A stretch of DNA of 64,000 nt, from assembly GCA_033723415.1 (NCBI GenBank), contig JAWVXD010000008.1, positions 1-64,000 of the forward strand, read 5' to 3'. This DNA comes from Sulfurospirillaceae bacterium (GTDB lineage: Bacteria > Campylobacterota > Campylobacteria > Campylobacterales > Sulfurospirillaceae). Positions 1 through 9,667 of the stretch are shown here, piece by piece. A program made the position numbers and the translations under genes. Each line of letters begins with the position of its first letter. The stretch's first letter is position 1. Under the pieces are notes generated by a model, which was given only the letters and a program-made list of their open reading frames with translations, was not told where the DNA came from and searched no databases.

Positions 1-1
1 A

Positions 2-205
2 GCAGCAACAGATACATCTGATTCTATAGAGAGAAGCTACAATGAAACACAAAAAGACGTGGATGAGATATTTGAACAAGTATCCAAGATCAATGACATA
101 TCAACTCAAAATGCAAGAAGCACAGAAGAGATAGCCAGTGCTGCAGAGCACCTAAATGCTATGACTGAAACATTGAACAACAAGTTGAGCGAGTTTAGAA
201 CGTGA
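2..205 (+). CDS. Methyl-accepting chemotaxis protein, C-terminal fragment (5' end outside window)
   Basis: Hand translation of frame 2: ...VSKINDISTQNARSTEEIASAAEHLNAMTETLNNKLSEFRT*, a typical MCP methylation-helix C-terminus. Confidence 0.85.
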   Translation, partial: AATDTSDSIERSYNETQKDVDEIFEQVSKINDISTQNARSTEEIASAAEHLNAMTETLNNKLSEFRT

Positions 206-212
206 GAAAAAG

Positions 213-232
213 GAGCCCCAAAAAAGGGGCTC
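213..232. terminator. Intrinsic terminator hairpin between convergent genes
   Basis: GAGCCCC-AAAAAA-GGGGCTC; the A-run at 207-211 gives a U-tract on the minus strand. Confidence 0.75.
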
Positions 233-241
233 TAAATAAAA

Positions 242-628
242 TTATTCTGCTACAGGTACTTCTACAGGAGTAGATTCCCATAAGCCGTGTTTTGTACAAT
301 ATCCATGAGCAACAAGTTTTAATTTTTTACCCATAGGTCTTATATTAAATGTTACTTCTGTATGCGATTTTTCATTACCTAAAGTACCTGGAACAAAATC
401 AGCTCTTGCAAGTAGTGTTTCCCCGTTATAAAGTGCAATGTTTGCAATATAATGATCAAAATCATCTGGATGAGTATATTCATTTCCCATTTTTACTGTC
501 ACTTGAAATACTTCACCTTTTTTTGCTTCGCTTGCGCAATGGACAAATGGTGAATGTCTATCAATATAATCTTTCTTTGATTCTCTTTCGACTGTGTCAA
601 TATCGACATAACGATTAACTGTTGGCAT
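242..628 (-). CDS. Desulfoferrodoxin/neelaredoxin-like (class II SORL) superoxide-reductase-like protein
   Basis: Iron-ligand pattern H..HP...HYI...YCTKHGLWE; SD AAGGAG upstream. Confidence 0.85.
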   Translation of the reverse strand: MPTVNRYVDIDTVERESKKDYIDRHSPFVHCASEAKKGEVFQVTVKMGNEYTHPDDFDHYIANIALYNGETLLARADFVPGTLGNEKSHTEVTFNIRPMGKKLKLVAHGYCTKHGLWESTPVEVPVAE

Positions 629-691
629 AAAATCTCCTTTATCTTGTTTTGATAATGTATTATAATATAAATAGGATTAATTTAGTCTTAT

Positions 692-1537
692 TTATATTAT
701 TTTTGTTTTCACCTTATGATCATTTAATCCTAATACATCTTTATTTGTCTCTCCAAAGCCAAGTAACAATATTTGAGCCAAGCCAAATACGCTTAGACCA
801 ATCTCTCTTCCGACAGATTTTTCCAGTTCTTTTTGGTGTTTATCAAACATTACAAAACTTCTTGCGTCATTTACAACTACAAAATCAGCGGCATTGTCAA
901 ACATATCCAGCATCAATGCCCCAGACATCTTAAATGCTAAATTTGGATTTATATCCAGTATTTCATATCCGCTGCTTTGGTCTTTTAAATCATAATTTAT
1001 CACATTTATGCCCAAAATATTTAGTATCTCAGAATATGAATCAAGATCTGTATATTTGCTTATCAGACATTTGTGTGAACCGAGATACATTGCTGCATTA
1101 AATTGTTCAAATTTATGTTTAATGTGCTTTGAGATCTTTTTATTTCCTAACTCTTTTACTAAAAAGTCTGCTAATGTGTATATCTCTATATCTAGATCTA
1201 GTTCCAATTTTTCCTCTCTAAGTAGAGAGTTGATCTCATTCTTCAGCTCTTCATTATTTTTTAATTCTTCTACACATACACAAAGAGATAAATATGAGCT
1301 GTCATCAGCACATATGATACTGCATTGTTCTTTATTCGCCAAAGCCAAATTTTTAGCATTATTTATATAGAAATTTTTCATATCAAATCCCATATCTTCA
1401 ATGCCTGTGTCTCTTGAGAAATTTTTTATATTAACAAGTTTTACATTTAAAAATTTTAACAGTTCTTGTGTAGATCTGGCAATCGGTTCTGTCGTATTTA
1501 TATCTATAATGCTATCAAATAGTACATATTTTTTCAT
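692..1537 (-). CDS. HdrB/SdhE-like (CCG-domain) protein lacking the cluster-binding cysteines
   Basis: NAKNLALA, ADFVVV and FD..QKELEK..G segments follow the HdrB/SdhE layout, but the CCG and CxxC positions read RDTG, DDSS, SSG and DARS. Confidence 0.7.
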   Translation of the reverse strand: MKKYVLFDSIIDINTTEPIARSTQELLKFLNVKLVNIKNFSRDTGIEDMGFDMKNFYINNAKNLALANKEQCSIICADDSSYLSLCVCVEELKNNEELKNEINSLLREEKLELDLDIEIYTLADFLVKELGNKKISKHIKHKFEQFNAAMYLGSHKCLISKYTDLDSYSEILNILGINVINYDLKDQSSGYEILDINPNLAFKMSGALMLDMFDNAADFVVVNDARSFVMFDKHQKELEKSVGREIGLSVFGLAQILLLGFGETNKDVLGLNDHKVKTKII

Positions 1538-2169
1538 ATTTGACTCCTTGATCGTGATATTTCATTTTTGATATCTGATATTTTTTTCTCTACTTCAAAA
1601 TCAAATGGAAAAACTTTATTGCAGATATCAGTGTGAAGCCAAATTCCAGTCTCTTTATTATCTATAATGTTGAAAATCTGTTTAGCTTGTCCAGGGTATT
1701 TTTTTGCCATTTCATATGCAAAAAGAAATAGAGCATCTCCTTGGAAATCATCAGTATAATCATAGACATCCGAAGCATAGTGATAGATTATGAGCTTTTC
1801 AAAGATTTTTTTATCTGACGCTACAACAAAAGGGTCAATCAAGTCAAATTTTTTATAAAAATCTTCCGTATTGATTATTAAATCTTTTGTTGTTCTTTTT
1901 TGATTCATAGGAAGCAGGGTTAACTCTTCGCCAAAAGCTTCAACTATTGCTGATATTTTGGTTTTTGTAAAGAGATTTTTACCCAAAATACTAATAGCAG
2001 CATTTCTGCCTACAGGGTAATCAAATAGTCTATCCTCTTCTTTGATTAGGGCCAGTAAATCATCTAAAGTTTTACTATCTTCAATTTTAATTATATGCTT
2101 CTTATAGAATGGAAGATAATCACACGATGCGTCAAATCTAAACACACTTAATCTAAGCTCAAGCTCCAT
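1534..2169 (-). CDS. SdhB/FrdB N-terminus-like protein without Fe-S cysteine motifs (probably DUF5644-type)
   Basis: LSVFRFDASCDYLPFYKK...TLDDLLALIKEED resembles the SdhB N-terminus; ATGA overlap with the downstream gene. Confidence 0.6.
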   Translation of the reverse strand: MELELRLSVFRFDASCDYLPFYKKHIIKIEDSKTLDDLLALIKEEDRLFDYPVGRNAAISILGKNLFTKTKISAIVEAFGEELTLLPMNQKRTTKDLIINTEDFYKKFDLIDPFVVASDKKIFEKLIIYHYASDVYDYTDDFQGDALFLFAYEMAKKYPGQAKQIFNIIDNKETGIWLHTDICNKVFPFDFEVEKKISDIKNEISRSRSQI

Positions 2170-2359
2170 AATATGTACTCCTTTGTTTGATCATGAACAT
2201 AATTTGACATTAGTTTACTCTAAATAAACTTAATCTCTAACAAAATAAAAATTTACTGTATAATGCCTCGAAAAGTATAAGAATATTTGACATAAAATAT
2301 ACATGAGATAAAAAATCTAAAATCTAGAACACTATAATATGATACAAAGGAGACAGATA

Positions 2360-2437
2360 ATGAAGCACTATGTGCAAAGAATCAGCTTGTCAGAGAGAGA
2401 TTTATATATAAATGAATTCCGAGATATAGGAGAATGA
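2360..2437 (+). CDS. Small ORF 1 upstream of truD, 25 aa: MKHYVQRISLSERDLYINEFRDIGE
   Basis: SD AAGGAG (2347-2352) 7 nt before ATG; TATAAT at 2333-2338; similar to small ORF 2. Confidence 0.6.
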   Translation: MKHYVQRISLSERDLYINEFRDIGE

Positions 2438-2439
2438 TA

Positions 2440-2523
2440 GTGAATAATACAAAAACGATTGTTTTATGCTTTAGTGAGATGAATTTGTTTTGGAACAGAT
2501 TCTGTGAGAAAGGAGAAAATTAA
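2440..2523 (+). CDS. Small ORF 2 upstream of truD, 27 aa: MNNTKTIVLCFSEMNLFWNRFCEKGEN (alternative ATG at 2434)
   Basis: SD AGGAG (2428-2432) 7 nt before GTG; stop codon ends 1 nt before the truD ATG; similar to small ORF 1. Confidence 0.55.
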   Translation: MNNTKTIVLCFSEMNLFWNRFCEKGEN

Positions 2524-2524
2524 T

Positions 2525-3607
2525 ATGAATAGATTGTTTTTTTTAAAGCATTCTGCAGTTGACGTACTTTTTACAAAAAATTCCAGTGATTTTGTAGTCA
2601 ATGAGTTGCCTTTATATGAATTTTCAGGTGAAGGGGAACATTTAATACTACAAATACGTAAAAAGAACATGACCACATGGGATATGCTTCAAAAACTAAG
2701 CGAAGTGTGCGGTGCAAAAGTCAGGGATTTTGGATATGCAGGGTTAAAAGACAAAGATGGTTTGACAACTCAGTATGTATCCGTACATAAAAGTTATGAA
2801 GATAAATTTGCAGATTTCAATGATGATAAGATAAAGATCGTTTCCAAGACATATCATAATAATAAGATAAGAATAGGACATTTAAGCGGCAATAGATTTT
2901 TTATAAGATTGAAGAAAGTAAATAAGATAGATGCAAGTAAACTTGAAAATGCAATAAAAGTTTTGGCAGAAGAGGGCTTTCCTAATTATTTCGGATATCA
3001 GCGCTTTGGTGTTTCAGGAGATAATTATAAAATTGGTAAAGAGATACTAGAGGGTAAACGAAAAGAGAGAAGAGCTAAGATGAAAAACTTTTTTATAAGT
3101 GCATATCAAAGTCATCTTTTTAACGAATGGTTGTCTTCACGTATTGAGATTTCACATCTTTTAGAGGGTTTTGATGACGGTGAGGCAGTAAAAGCACTCG
3201 GCTTTTCAAAAGAATTGATAAAAGAGTTACGCAGGCAAAAAAGATTTTTAAAAATATTCAAAGGAGATGTTGCCCACCATTATCCTATAGGAAAAGCTTT
3301 CTTATGTGAAGATTTAGGGACTGAAATTGAGCGATTTTTCAATAAAGAGATAACACTTACAGGCTGGTTACCTGGAGGTAGGAGCATGAGAAGTGAAGAA
3401 TTTGCAAAAGAACTAGAAGATAAAGTGTATGCAGAAGCAGAACAATACTTGAAACAAATGGATGGTTCGCGCAGGTTTGCTTGGGCATTTTTAAAAGATG
3501 TTGAGTATAAATATAAAGAGGATGAAAATTGGTTTGAAATGCATTTTAGTTTACCGAAAGGATCGTATGCAACAGTTGTTTTAGAAGAATTGACTCATAA
3601 ATTATGA
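2525..3607 (+). CDS. truD: tRNA pseudouridine(13) synthase TruD
   Basis: DFVVNE, GEGEH, GYAGLKDK...TTQ, PNYFGYQRFG and LPKGSYATVVLEEL motifs; start set at ATG 2525 behind SD AAGGAG. Confidence 0.95.
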   Translation: MNRLFFLKHSAVDVLFTKNSSDFVVNELPLYEFSGEGEHLILQIRKKNMTTWDMLQKLSEVCGAKVRDFGYAGLKDKDGLTTQYVSVHKSYEDKFADFNDDKIKIVSKTYHNNKIRIGHLSGNRFFIRLKKVNKIDASKLENAIKVLAEEGFPNYFGYQRFGVSGDNYKIGKEILEGKRKERRAKMKNFFISAYQSHLFNEWLSSRIEISHLLEGFDDGEAVKALGFSKELIKELRRQKRFLKIFKGDVAHHYPIGKAFLCEDLGTEIERFFNKEITLTGWLPGGRSMRSEEFAKELEDKVYAEAEQYLKQMDGSRRFAWAFLKDVEYKYKEDENWFEMHFSLPKGSYATVVLEELTHKL

Positions 3608-3613
3608 TATAAT
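3605..3613 (+). promoter_or_regulatory. Extended -10 promoter (TGnTATAAT) for rnpB, overlapping the truD stop codon
   Basis: TGATATAAT ends 7 nt before the P1 helix of the RNA. Confidence 0.7.
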
Positions 3614-3620
3614 CCGATAT

Positions 3621-3947
3621 CAAAAGGTACAACAGGTGGTAGCTTAGAGAAATCTAAGAGGAAAGTCCGGGCTGTTTTGAGACAGGGTTTCGTCTAACGG
3701 ACGACTGGGGTAACCCAAGGGATTAGTGCAACAGAAAGTAAACTACCGCGCAAGCGGCAAAGGTGAAACGGCGAGGTAAGAGCTCACCAGAGTCTTGAGT
3801 AATCTAGACTGCTATGTAAACCCAACCTGCAGCAAGAATGGATTGGTTTCGTCTCATATTTATACCATTCGCTAGAGTATTATCGCAAGATAGTAAGTAG
3901 ATAAATTATCACCCACGACAAAACCCGGCTTATCGTTGTACCTTTTG
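3621..3947 (+). ncRNA. rnpB: RNase P RNA (bacterial type A)
   Basis: Conserved GAGGAAAGTCCGGGCT, AGTGCAACAGAAA, GGTGAAACGGCGAGGTAAGAGC and ACAAAACCCGGCTTAT; terminal helix CAAAAGGTACAAC/GTTGTACCTTTTG. Confidence 0.97.
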
Positions 3948-3960
3948 TTCTAGTCTTTTC

Positions 3961-4302
3961 TTACATACTCTCGATATCTTTGATGTCGATTCCAGAGATC
4001 TTCTCCATCTCTAGTTCCACTTTATTTATAAATTCTTGTCTATTATGTTCATCCATGTTATTATATAGGATATCCAAAATATACTTTACACCGTTTGCAT
4101 TTATCTTTTTGACGCTAGCCAAATAGTGTACAAATGCTATCAATTTGATGTCATTTATAGAATATAGTTTTTTGGGCTTTCCTTGTTCTGTAGGCAGTAA
4201 ACCTTTTTCTTCATACATTTTTAGAGTTCTAGGTTTTGTTGCTAATATCTCTGCGATACTGCTAATAGGTAGAATATTTTTGTCATTGTCTAAAAGTGCC
4301 AC
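3961..4302 (-). CDS. MerR-family (HspR-like) transcriptional regulator
   Basis: ISSIAEILATKPRTLKMYEEKGLL...LYS MerR HTH; SD AAAGGA before GTG. Confidence 0.85.
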   Translation of the reverse strand: MALLDNDKNILPISSIAEILATKPRTLKMYEEKGLLPTEQGKPKKLYSINDIKLIAFVHYLASVKKINANGVKYILDILYNNMDEHNRQEFINKVELEMEKISGIDIKDIESM

Positions 4303-4463
4303 ATTTTTCCTTTAAAATTTCCTAATTATATCAAAATTCAATTCAAAAGAAATATTTTAATAAGAATTTATGCTTAAACCAGTATAATGTACATATTTAA
4401 CATCAAATATGTAATAAATTTACTATTTATTTGTTAAAAAATAACATATATAAAGGAAAAAAT

Positions 4464-5666
4464 ATCGAACAAAAAGAAAAAAAACTCGTTGTAAAAAACC
4501 TTTATAAAGTTTTTGGTGAAAATCCAAAACTGGCTATGAAGCTTGTAAAAAAAGGTAAAAGTAAAGAAGAAATATTTAAACAAACAGGGATGACAATAGG
4601 TGTCCAGGATGCTGGATTTGAAGTTTATAAGGGTGAGATTTTTGTTATTATGGGGCTTTCAGGCTCTGGAAAATCTACCTTGGTAAGACTTTTAAATAGA
4701 CTTATAGAACCTACTCATGGTCAAATTTTTATTGATGATATTGAAATTACAAATCTCAGTGATAAGAAGTTGAAGAGTATCAGAAGAAACAAAATTTCTA
4801 TGGTATTTCAATCATTTGCGCTAATGCCACATCTAAATATCTTAGATAATACAGCCTTCGGACTAGAACTTAGCGGAATGAAAAAAGAAGATAGATACGA
4901 AAAAGCCTATGCTGCACTGAAGCAAGTCGGTTTAGAAAATTATGGTGATGTATATCCGGATGAGTTGAGTGGCGGTATGCAGCAAAGAGTCGGACTTGCT
5001 CGTGCACTTGCGAATGACCCTGATATATTACTTATGGATGAAGCTTTTTCAGCACTTGATCCTTTGATTAGAACTGAGATGCAAGATGAACTTTTGAACC
5101 TTCAAAACGAGCATGAAAGAACAGTCGTATTTATTTCGCATGATCTTGATGAAGCTATTAGAATAGGTGATCGGATCGCTATCATGCAAAATGCAAACAT
5201 TGCGCAAATAGGTACTCCTGAAGAGATCATCAGTAATCCTGCAAATGATTATGTAAAATCTTTTTTCAAAGGTGTGAACGTTACTTCGGTTCTGAGCGCT
5301 TCTCATATTGCGAGAAAAACAAATCTAACTATAGTAAAGAAGGAAGGCTCTGGTATAAAATCGGCAATCCAGTATATGAGCGACTATGACAGAGAATTTG
5401 GTTTTTTTGTAGAAAAAAACAATAAATATCTTGGTTGTCTGACAATGTCCTCTCTCACTAAACAGCAAAAATTAGGCGGGACTATTTATGATGCTATTAT
5501 CGAACAAGAAACTATACTTGAAACTACACCTATAAGCGATATTATCAGCTTAGTTGCAAAAGCCAAAAATCCTATAGCAGTTTTAGGAGAAGACGGAAAA
5601 TATAAAGGTTCGATTTCAAAAAGCATACTGCTTGAAACTTTTGATGAAGGATATATAAATGAGTAG
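4464..5666 (+). CDS. proV: Glycine betaine/proline ABC transporter ATP-binding subunit (start probably ATC 4464; ORF track uses TTG 4431)
   Basis: Walker [41 protein letters not shown]-terminal CBS-like region. Confidence 0.93.
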   Translation: MEQKEKKLVVKNLYKVFGENPKLAMKLVKKGKSKEEIFKQTGMTIGVQDAGFEVYKGEIFVIMGLSGSGKSTLVRLLNRLIEPTHGQIFIDDIEITNLSDKKLKSIRRNKISMVFQSFALMPHLNILDNTAFGLELSGMKKEDRYEKAYAALKQVGLENYGDVYPDELSGGMQQRVGLARALANDPDILLMDEAFSALDPLIRTEMQDELLNLQNEHERTVVFISHDLDEAIRIGDRIAIMQNANIAQIGTPEEIISNPANDYVKSFFKGVNVTSVLSASHIARKTNLTIVKKEGSGIKSAIQYMSDYDREFGFFVEKNNKYLGCLTMSSLTKQQKLGGTIYDAIIEQETILETTPISDIISLVAKAKNPIAVLGEDGKYKGSISKSILLETFDEGYINE

Positions 5667-6657
5667 TAATCCTTGGGGAGCAGCAACAGAACAAAATTCT
5701 ACTATGGATTGGAGTCATGTAGCTGCAAAGGCATCTTATAAATTTGATATATCTCATCCGTTTCATGATCTTGTTATACCTCTTGGCAAGTGGGTAGATA
5801 CATCACTTACATGGTTAGTAGGTAACTTTCGGGATTTCTTTCAACTTACAAAAGTACCTGTTGAAACTATACTTTTGGGTGTTCAGAATTTTCTATTACA
5901 TATCAATCCTTTTATCGTAATACTTTTCTTTGGATTGTTAGCATGGCAGGTGTCATCAAAAAAGATGGCATTTCTAACATTGTTATCATTTTTGGCCCTT
6001 GGTTTTATAGGTGTTTGGGAGCAGTCCATGATAACTTTAGCATTGGTTTTGACTTCGGTTATATTCTCGATGCTTCTTGGTCTTCCTCTTGGCATTTTAA
6101 GTGCAAAAAGTGACAGGTTTGACAATATAATAAGGCCAATCTTGGATGCTATGCAGACAACCCCTGCTTTTGTTTATCTAATACCTATAGTCATGTTGTT
6201 TGGTATTGGAAATGTTCCAGGTGTTATTGTCACCATCATATTTGCATTACCACCGTTAATTCGTTTGACGAATTTAGGAATCAGACAGGTACCGGAAGAT
6301 TTGATCGAAGCATCTAGATCATTTGGAGCTAGTGAGATACAAATGTTGTTTAAAGTGCAATTACCTGTTGCTATGCCGACAATTATGGCAGGTATCAATC
6401 AGACACTTATGTTGTCTTTATCTATGGTGGTAATTGCATCTATGATCGCAGTAGGAGGACTAGGACAGATGGTACTTAGAGGAATAGGAAGACTAGATAT
6501 AGGACTTGCAGCAGTTGGAGGTCTAGGTATAGTTTTACTTGCGATTGTTTTAGATAGATTAACTCAACAGATGGGTAAAAAAGATAAAAAAGACAAAACC
6601 AAATGGTTCGCCAAAGGTCCGATAGGACTAATCTATAAATTAAGGAGTATTAGATGA
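5659..6657 (+). CDS. proW: Glycine betaine/proline ABC transporter permease
   Basis: [25 protein letters not shown] (EAA loop). Confidence 0.93.
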   Translation: MSSNPWGAATEQNSTMDWSHVAAKASYKFDISHPFHDLVIPLGKWVDTSLTWLVGNFRDFFQLTKVPVETILLGVQNFLLHINPFIVILFFGLLAWQVSSKKMAFLTLLSFLALGFIGVWEQSMITLALVLTSVIFSMLLGLPLGILSAKSDRFDNIIRPILDAMQTTPAFVYLIPIVMLFGIGNVPGVIVTIIFALPPLIRLTNLGIRQVPEDLIEASRSFGASEIQMLFKVQLPVAMPTIMAGINQTLMLSLSMVVIASMIAVGGLGQMVLRGIGRLDIGLAAVGGLGIVLLAIVLDRLTQQMGKKDKKDKTKWFAKGPIGLIYKLRSIR

Positions 6658-7625
6658 AAAGATTTTTGTTAAGTTTAATTTTGACTTTTATGGCCGGAAG
6701 CTTATATGCAGGTATCAAAGTGGTACCGTTAAAAAGTTCCGTTGCTGAGGAAAGTTTTCAAACATATATAGTTATGGATGCGTTAAAGGCATTAGGATAC
6801 AACGTTGAACCTATTAAAGAAGTAGCTTATGCGGTTGCTTATGAGACTATGGCTCAAAATAGCAACAGTGACAATATATATTTTATGACAACTAATTGGA
6901 GACCTTTACATGACAGTATGTTCAACAAAGTTGGCGGAAACAAAAAATTGTTTCGAAAAGGCGTTTATATAGCAAATTGTGCTCAAGGATATTTGATCGA
7001 TAAAAAGACAGCAGAAAAATATCATATAAAATATATTAATCAACTCAAAGATCCAAAAATTGCAAAGCTTTTTGATGCCAATGGCAATGGAAAAGCAGAT
7101 TTAGCAGGATGTAATCCTGGTTGGGGTTGTGAAAAAGTAATAGAATATCAATTAGATGCGTATGGACTTAGAAAGACCGTAACACACAACCAAGGGGAAT
7201 ATTCTGCCATTATTGCCGATACTATCGCTAGATACAAAAAAGGAAAACCGATTCTTTATTATACTTGGACTCCATATTGGGTTAGCGGTATATTGGTCCC
7301 TGGAAAAGATGTAACTTGGTTACAAGTAACACACTCTGCAAATCCAAATTCAAAAAGTACAAAACTTTCAAACGGTATGGATTTTGGTTTTAATATTAAC
7401 GATCAAAGCATTGTAGCAAACAAGAGTGTAGAAACAAAACATCCTGATGTTGCAAAACTTTTTTCTATTATGAAATTAAGTGTAAATGACGTAAGTAGTG
7501 AAAATATGCTCGTTGCACATGGTCAAAATAAAGATGCTGATATGCAAAGACATGCAAAGATGTGGATACAACAACATCAAGCAACTTTCAATAAATGGAT
7601 AAAAGAAGCAAAAGCAGCTAAATAA
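6654..7625 (+). CDS. proX: Glycine betaine/proline ABC transporter substrate-binding protein
   Basis: Signal peptide; [29 protein letters not shown]. Confidence 0.93.
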   Translation: MKRFLLSLILTFMAGSLYAGIKVVPLKSSVAEESFQTYIVMDALKALGYNVEPIKEVAYAVAYETMAQNSNSDNIYFMTTNWRPLHDSMFNKVGGNKKLFRKGVYIANCAQGYLIDKKTAEKYHIKYINQLKDPKIAKLFDANGNGKADLAGCNPGWGCEKVIEYQLDAYGLRKTVTHNQGEYSAIIADTIARYKKGKPILYYTWTPYWVSGILVPGKDVTWLQVTHSANPNSKSTKLSNGMDFGFNINDQSIVANKSVETKHPDVAKLFSIMKLSVNDVSSENMLVAHGQNKDADMQRHAKMWIQQHQATFNKWIKEAKAAK

Positions 7626-7630
7626 TTTTT

Positions 7631-7664
7631 AAACTTGTATGAGATATAAGTCTCATACAAGTTT
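7631..7664. terminator. Bidirectional terminator hairpin
   Basis: AAACTTGTATGAGA-N6-TCTCATACAAGTTT between convergent proX and the chemoreceptor gene. Confidence 0.8.
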
Positions 7665-7685
7665 TTATACTACAAAATACTAAGA

Positions 7686-8780
7686 TTACACGTTATTTTT
7701 TTCATTCAACATTTGATTTAAAAGATTAAAAAGTTCTTTAGATGCTTTTTCTGCATCTTTGAAAAAATTTATAACTATTGATATATCGTTTAAGCAAGTT
7801 CCGTCTTGTACACATTTTATAGCGCCGTTGATCGAGTCATGAACTGTTTTATGCGGTTGTTCTATAGCATTGTAAGCTTTTGTATCTTTAAAGTTTTCTC
7901 TTCCTACTTCTTTGTACCATTGTCCTAAACGACAGTTCTCGTGATCTGATAGGAACTCATGTTTGTTATCAAAAATACTAGAGTAACCACTAGCTTTAAA
8001 TAGAACATGATCTAGTTTTGCAAGTGATACGAATATAGAATAGTTAATATTTGTTGAATCTTCACTAATCTTACCTGAATCTTCGACTAGTTTTGCAAAA
8101 TATTCTCTAAATTGTGATATATGAGAGTTAGACTGTGTAGATAGTGTCTCTATATCTTCACTTTGTTTAAACATGGAATTTGCATTTTGTTTAAGTATGT
8201 TTATATTCATTTCAACTTCGGATGTTGCCTTTTGTGTTCGTTCTGCCAATTTTCTTACTTCATCTGCCACTACGGCAAATCCCCTGCCGTGTTCTCCTGC
8301 ACGTGCAGCTTCTATAGCTGCATTTAATGCGAGTAGATTTGTTTGATCTGAAATATCCTTTATTAGAGTGATAACTTGAAATATCTCATCAACACTACTA
8401 TGTAGATTTTCCGCAGAATGTCTTGATTCACTGGAAGCATCTGTGATCTTAATCAGAGAATCTATAATGCCCTTAGATGTTTCATTTAGTGTACCTATAC
8501 TAGATGAAATGCGCTTACTTATGTTACCAATTTCTGTAGATAAATCAAGATTAGCTTTTATATTTCCTTGTATCTCTCTAATATTGTTAATACACCCATC
8601 TGCCATAGCAGTTGTAAGAGCAGTTTTGAGTTTACTTTCAGACATTGAAGTATGATCTTTATTCTTTTCAGATGTCAGATCTTCAATTTTGAGTTTTAAG
8701 TATTCGATTTCTTTTTTCAACTCATTATTTTCATCTTCCAGTGAAATATTTTTTTCTTTTATAATTTTGCTTCCAAACAT
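7686..8780 (-). CDS. Soluble chemoreceptor with C-terminal CZB zinc-binding domain (TlpD-like)
   Basis: [40 protein letters not shown] ligands [23 protein letters not shown]; no TM segment. Confidence 0.9.
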   Translation of the reverse strand: MFGSKIIKEKNISLEDENNELKKEIEYLKLKIEDLTSEKNKDHTSMSESKLKTALTTAMADGCINNIREIQGNIKANLDLSTEIGNISKRISSSIGTLNETSKGIIDSLIKITDASSESRHSAENLHSSVDEIFQVITLIKDISDQTNLLALNAAIEAARAGEHGRGFAVVADEVRKLAERTQKATSEVEMNINILKQNANSMFKQSEDIETLSTQSNSHISQFREYFAKLVEDSGKISEDSTNINYSIFVSLAKLDHVLFKASGYSSIFDNKHEFLSDHENCRLGQWYKEVGRENFKDTKAYNAIEQPHKTVHDSINGAIKCVQDGTCLNDISIVINFFKDAEKASKELFNLLNQMLNEKNNV

Positions 8781-8947
8781 TATAATCCTTTCTTATAAAA
8801 ATTAATTATAGCATAAAGGAATAAATGGAGATACTTTATAGTATGAAGTTTGTTGAATTTTTTAATTATGTCATAAAAGTGTAACAATTCAGAGGCAGGA
8901 GCAAAATATCATGTCTTATTAAGTAAGCTCTCATTGATTTATAAATA

Positions 8948-9667
8948 TCATTCCCAAACTAAGAGTTTCATATGACTTATCGTTTTGTCTTGAATATACC
9001 CATTTGGTAGACTATATTTTTGTAAAATTTTTTTTATTAGTTCCTTTTGTGGAATTAACCCTCTTATTTCTAGATGCCAAGAAAAATTTTCTATTGCTTC
9101 TTGTAGATTTCTATTTGTAACTCTTTCTTCTCTAAATAATTCTTGTCTATATTGTTTGTTATTTTTCTTTAGCCAATCTTCTATTCTTTTAGCTCCGTTT
9201 GGTGATTTGTACACAGAGCCATGTTCTGCAAAAAGAGATTCCAATATCTCATTGTCTCTAACACCTGCCCACCCGAGGTAGATTTTAACTTTTGCACATT
9301 TATCCATCTTTATAAAATCATCTTCTTCTGATACGGCCGGAGACATTGTACTTATTGCAAAATCATATTTTGTATTTTTGATATGAAAGTCACTCCATGA
9401 TGTGTGTTTTATTGTGATATTTGAGATATTTAATCTCTTAGCGTCTTGTTCTAAAACATCTAACATGCCTTTTGACGAGTCTATAGCATCGACCCTTAGT
9501 GCTTTCTTTGCTATTCTTATAGTATAAACACCGGTTCCGCACCCAATGTCTAAAACAGTTTTTTTGCTAAAGTCAACATTTAAAACTTTTAGAACATTTG
9601 CTTCAAATCCATCTTCATTTTCAGTGTATCTAGCATAGTTTTTTGCTTTCTCATCCCATTTATTCAT
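8948..9667 (-). CDS. Class I SAM-dependent methyltransferase
   Basis: VLDIGCGTG motif I, AIDSSKGML. Confidence 0.85.
   Translation of the reverse strand: MNKWDEKAKNYARYTENEDGFEANVLKVLNVDFSKKTVLDIGCGTGVYTIRIAKKALRVDAIDSSKGMLDVLEQDAKRLNISNITIKHTSWSDFHIKNTKYDFAISTMSPAVSEEDDFIKMDKCAKVKIYLGWAGVRDNEILESLFAEHGSVYKSPNGAKRIEDWLKKNNKQYRQELFREERVTNRNLQEAIENFSWHLEIRGLIPQKELIKKILQKYSLPNGYIQDKTISHMKLLVWE

Noticed and set aside
2590..2640. TruD N-terminal motif NELPLYEFSGEGE loosely resembles small ORF 1 (SERDLYINEFRDIGE)
   Set aside because: Needs a 2-residue gap and rests on few residues; cannot be distinguished from chance by eye.
8825..8884. 19-codon ORF MEILYSMKFVEFFNYVIKV behind AAAGGA
   Set aside because: SD spacing is only 4 nt, no supporting promoter or paralogue, and it overlaps the divergent promoter region.
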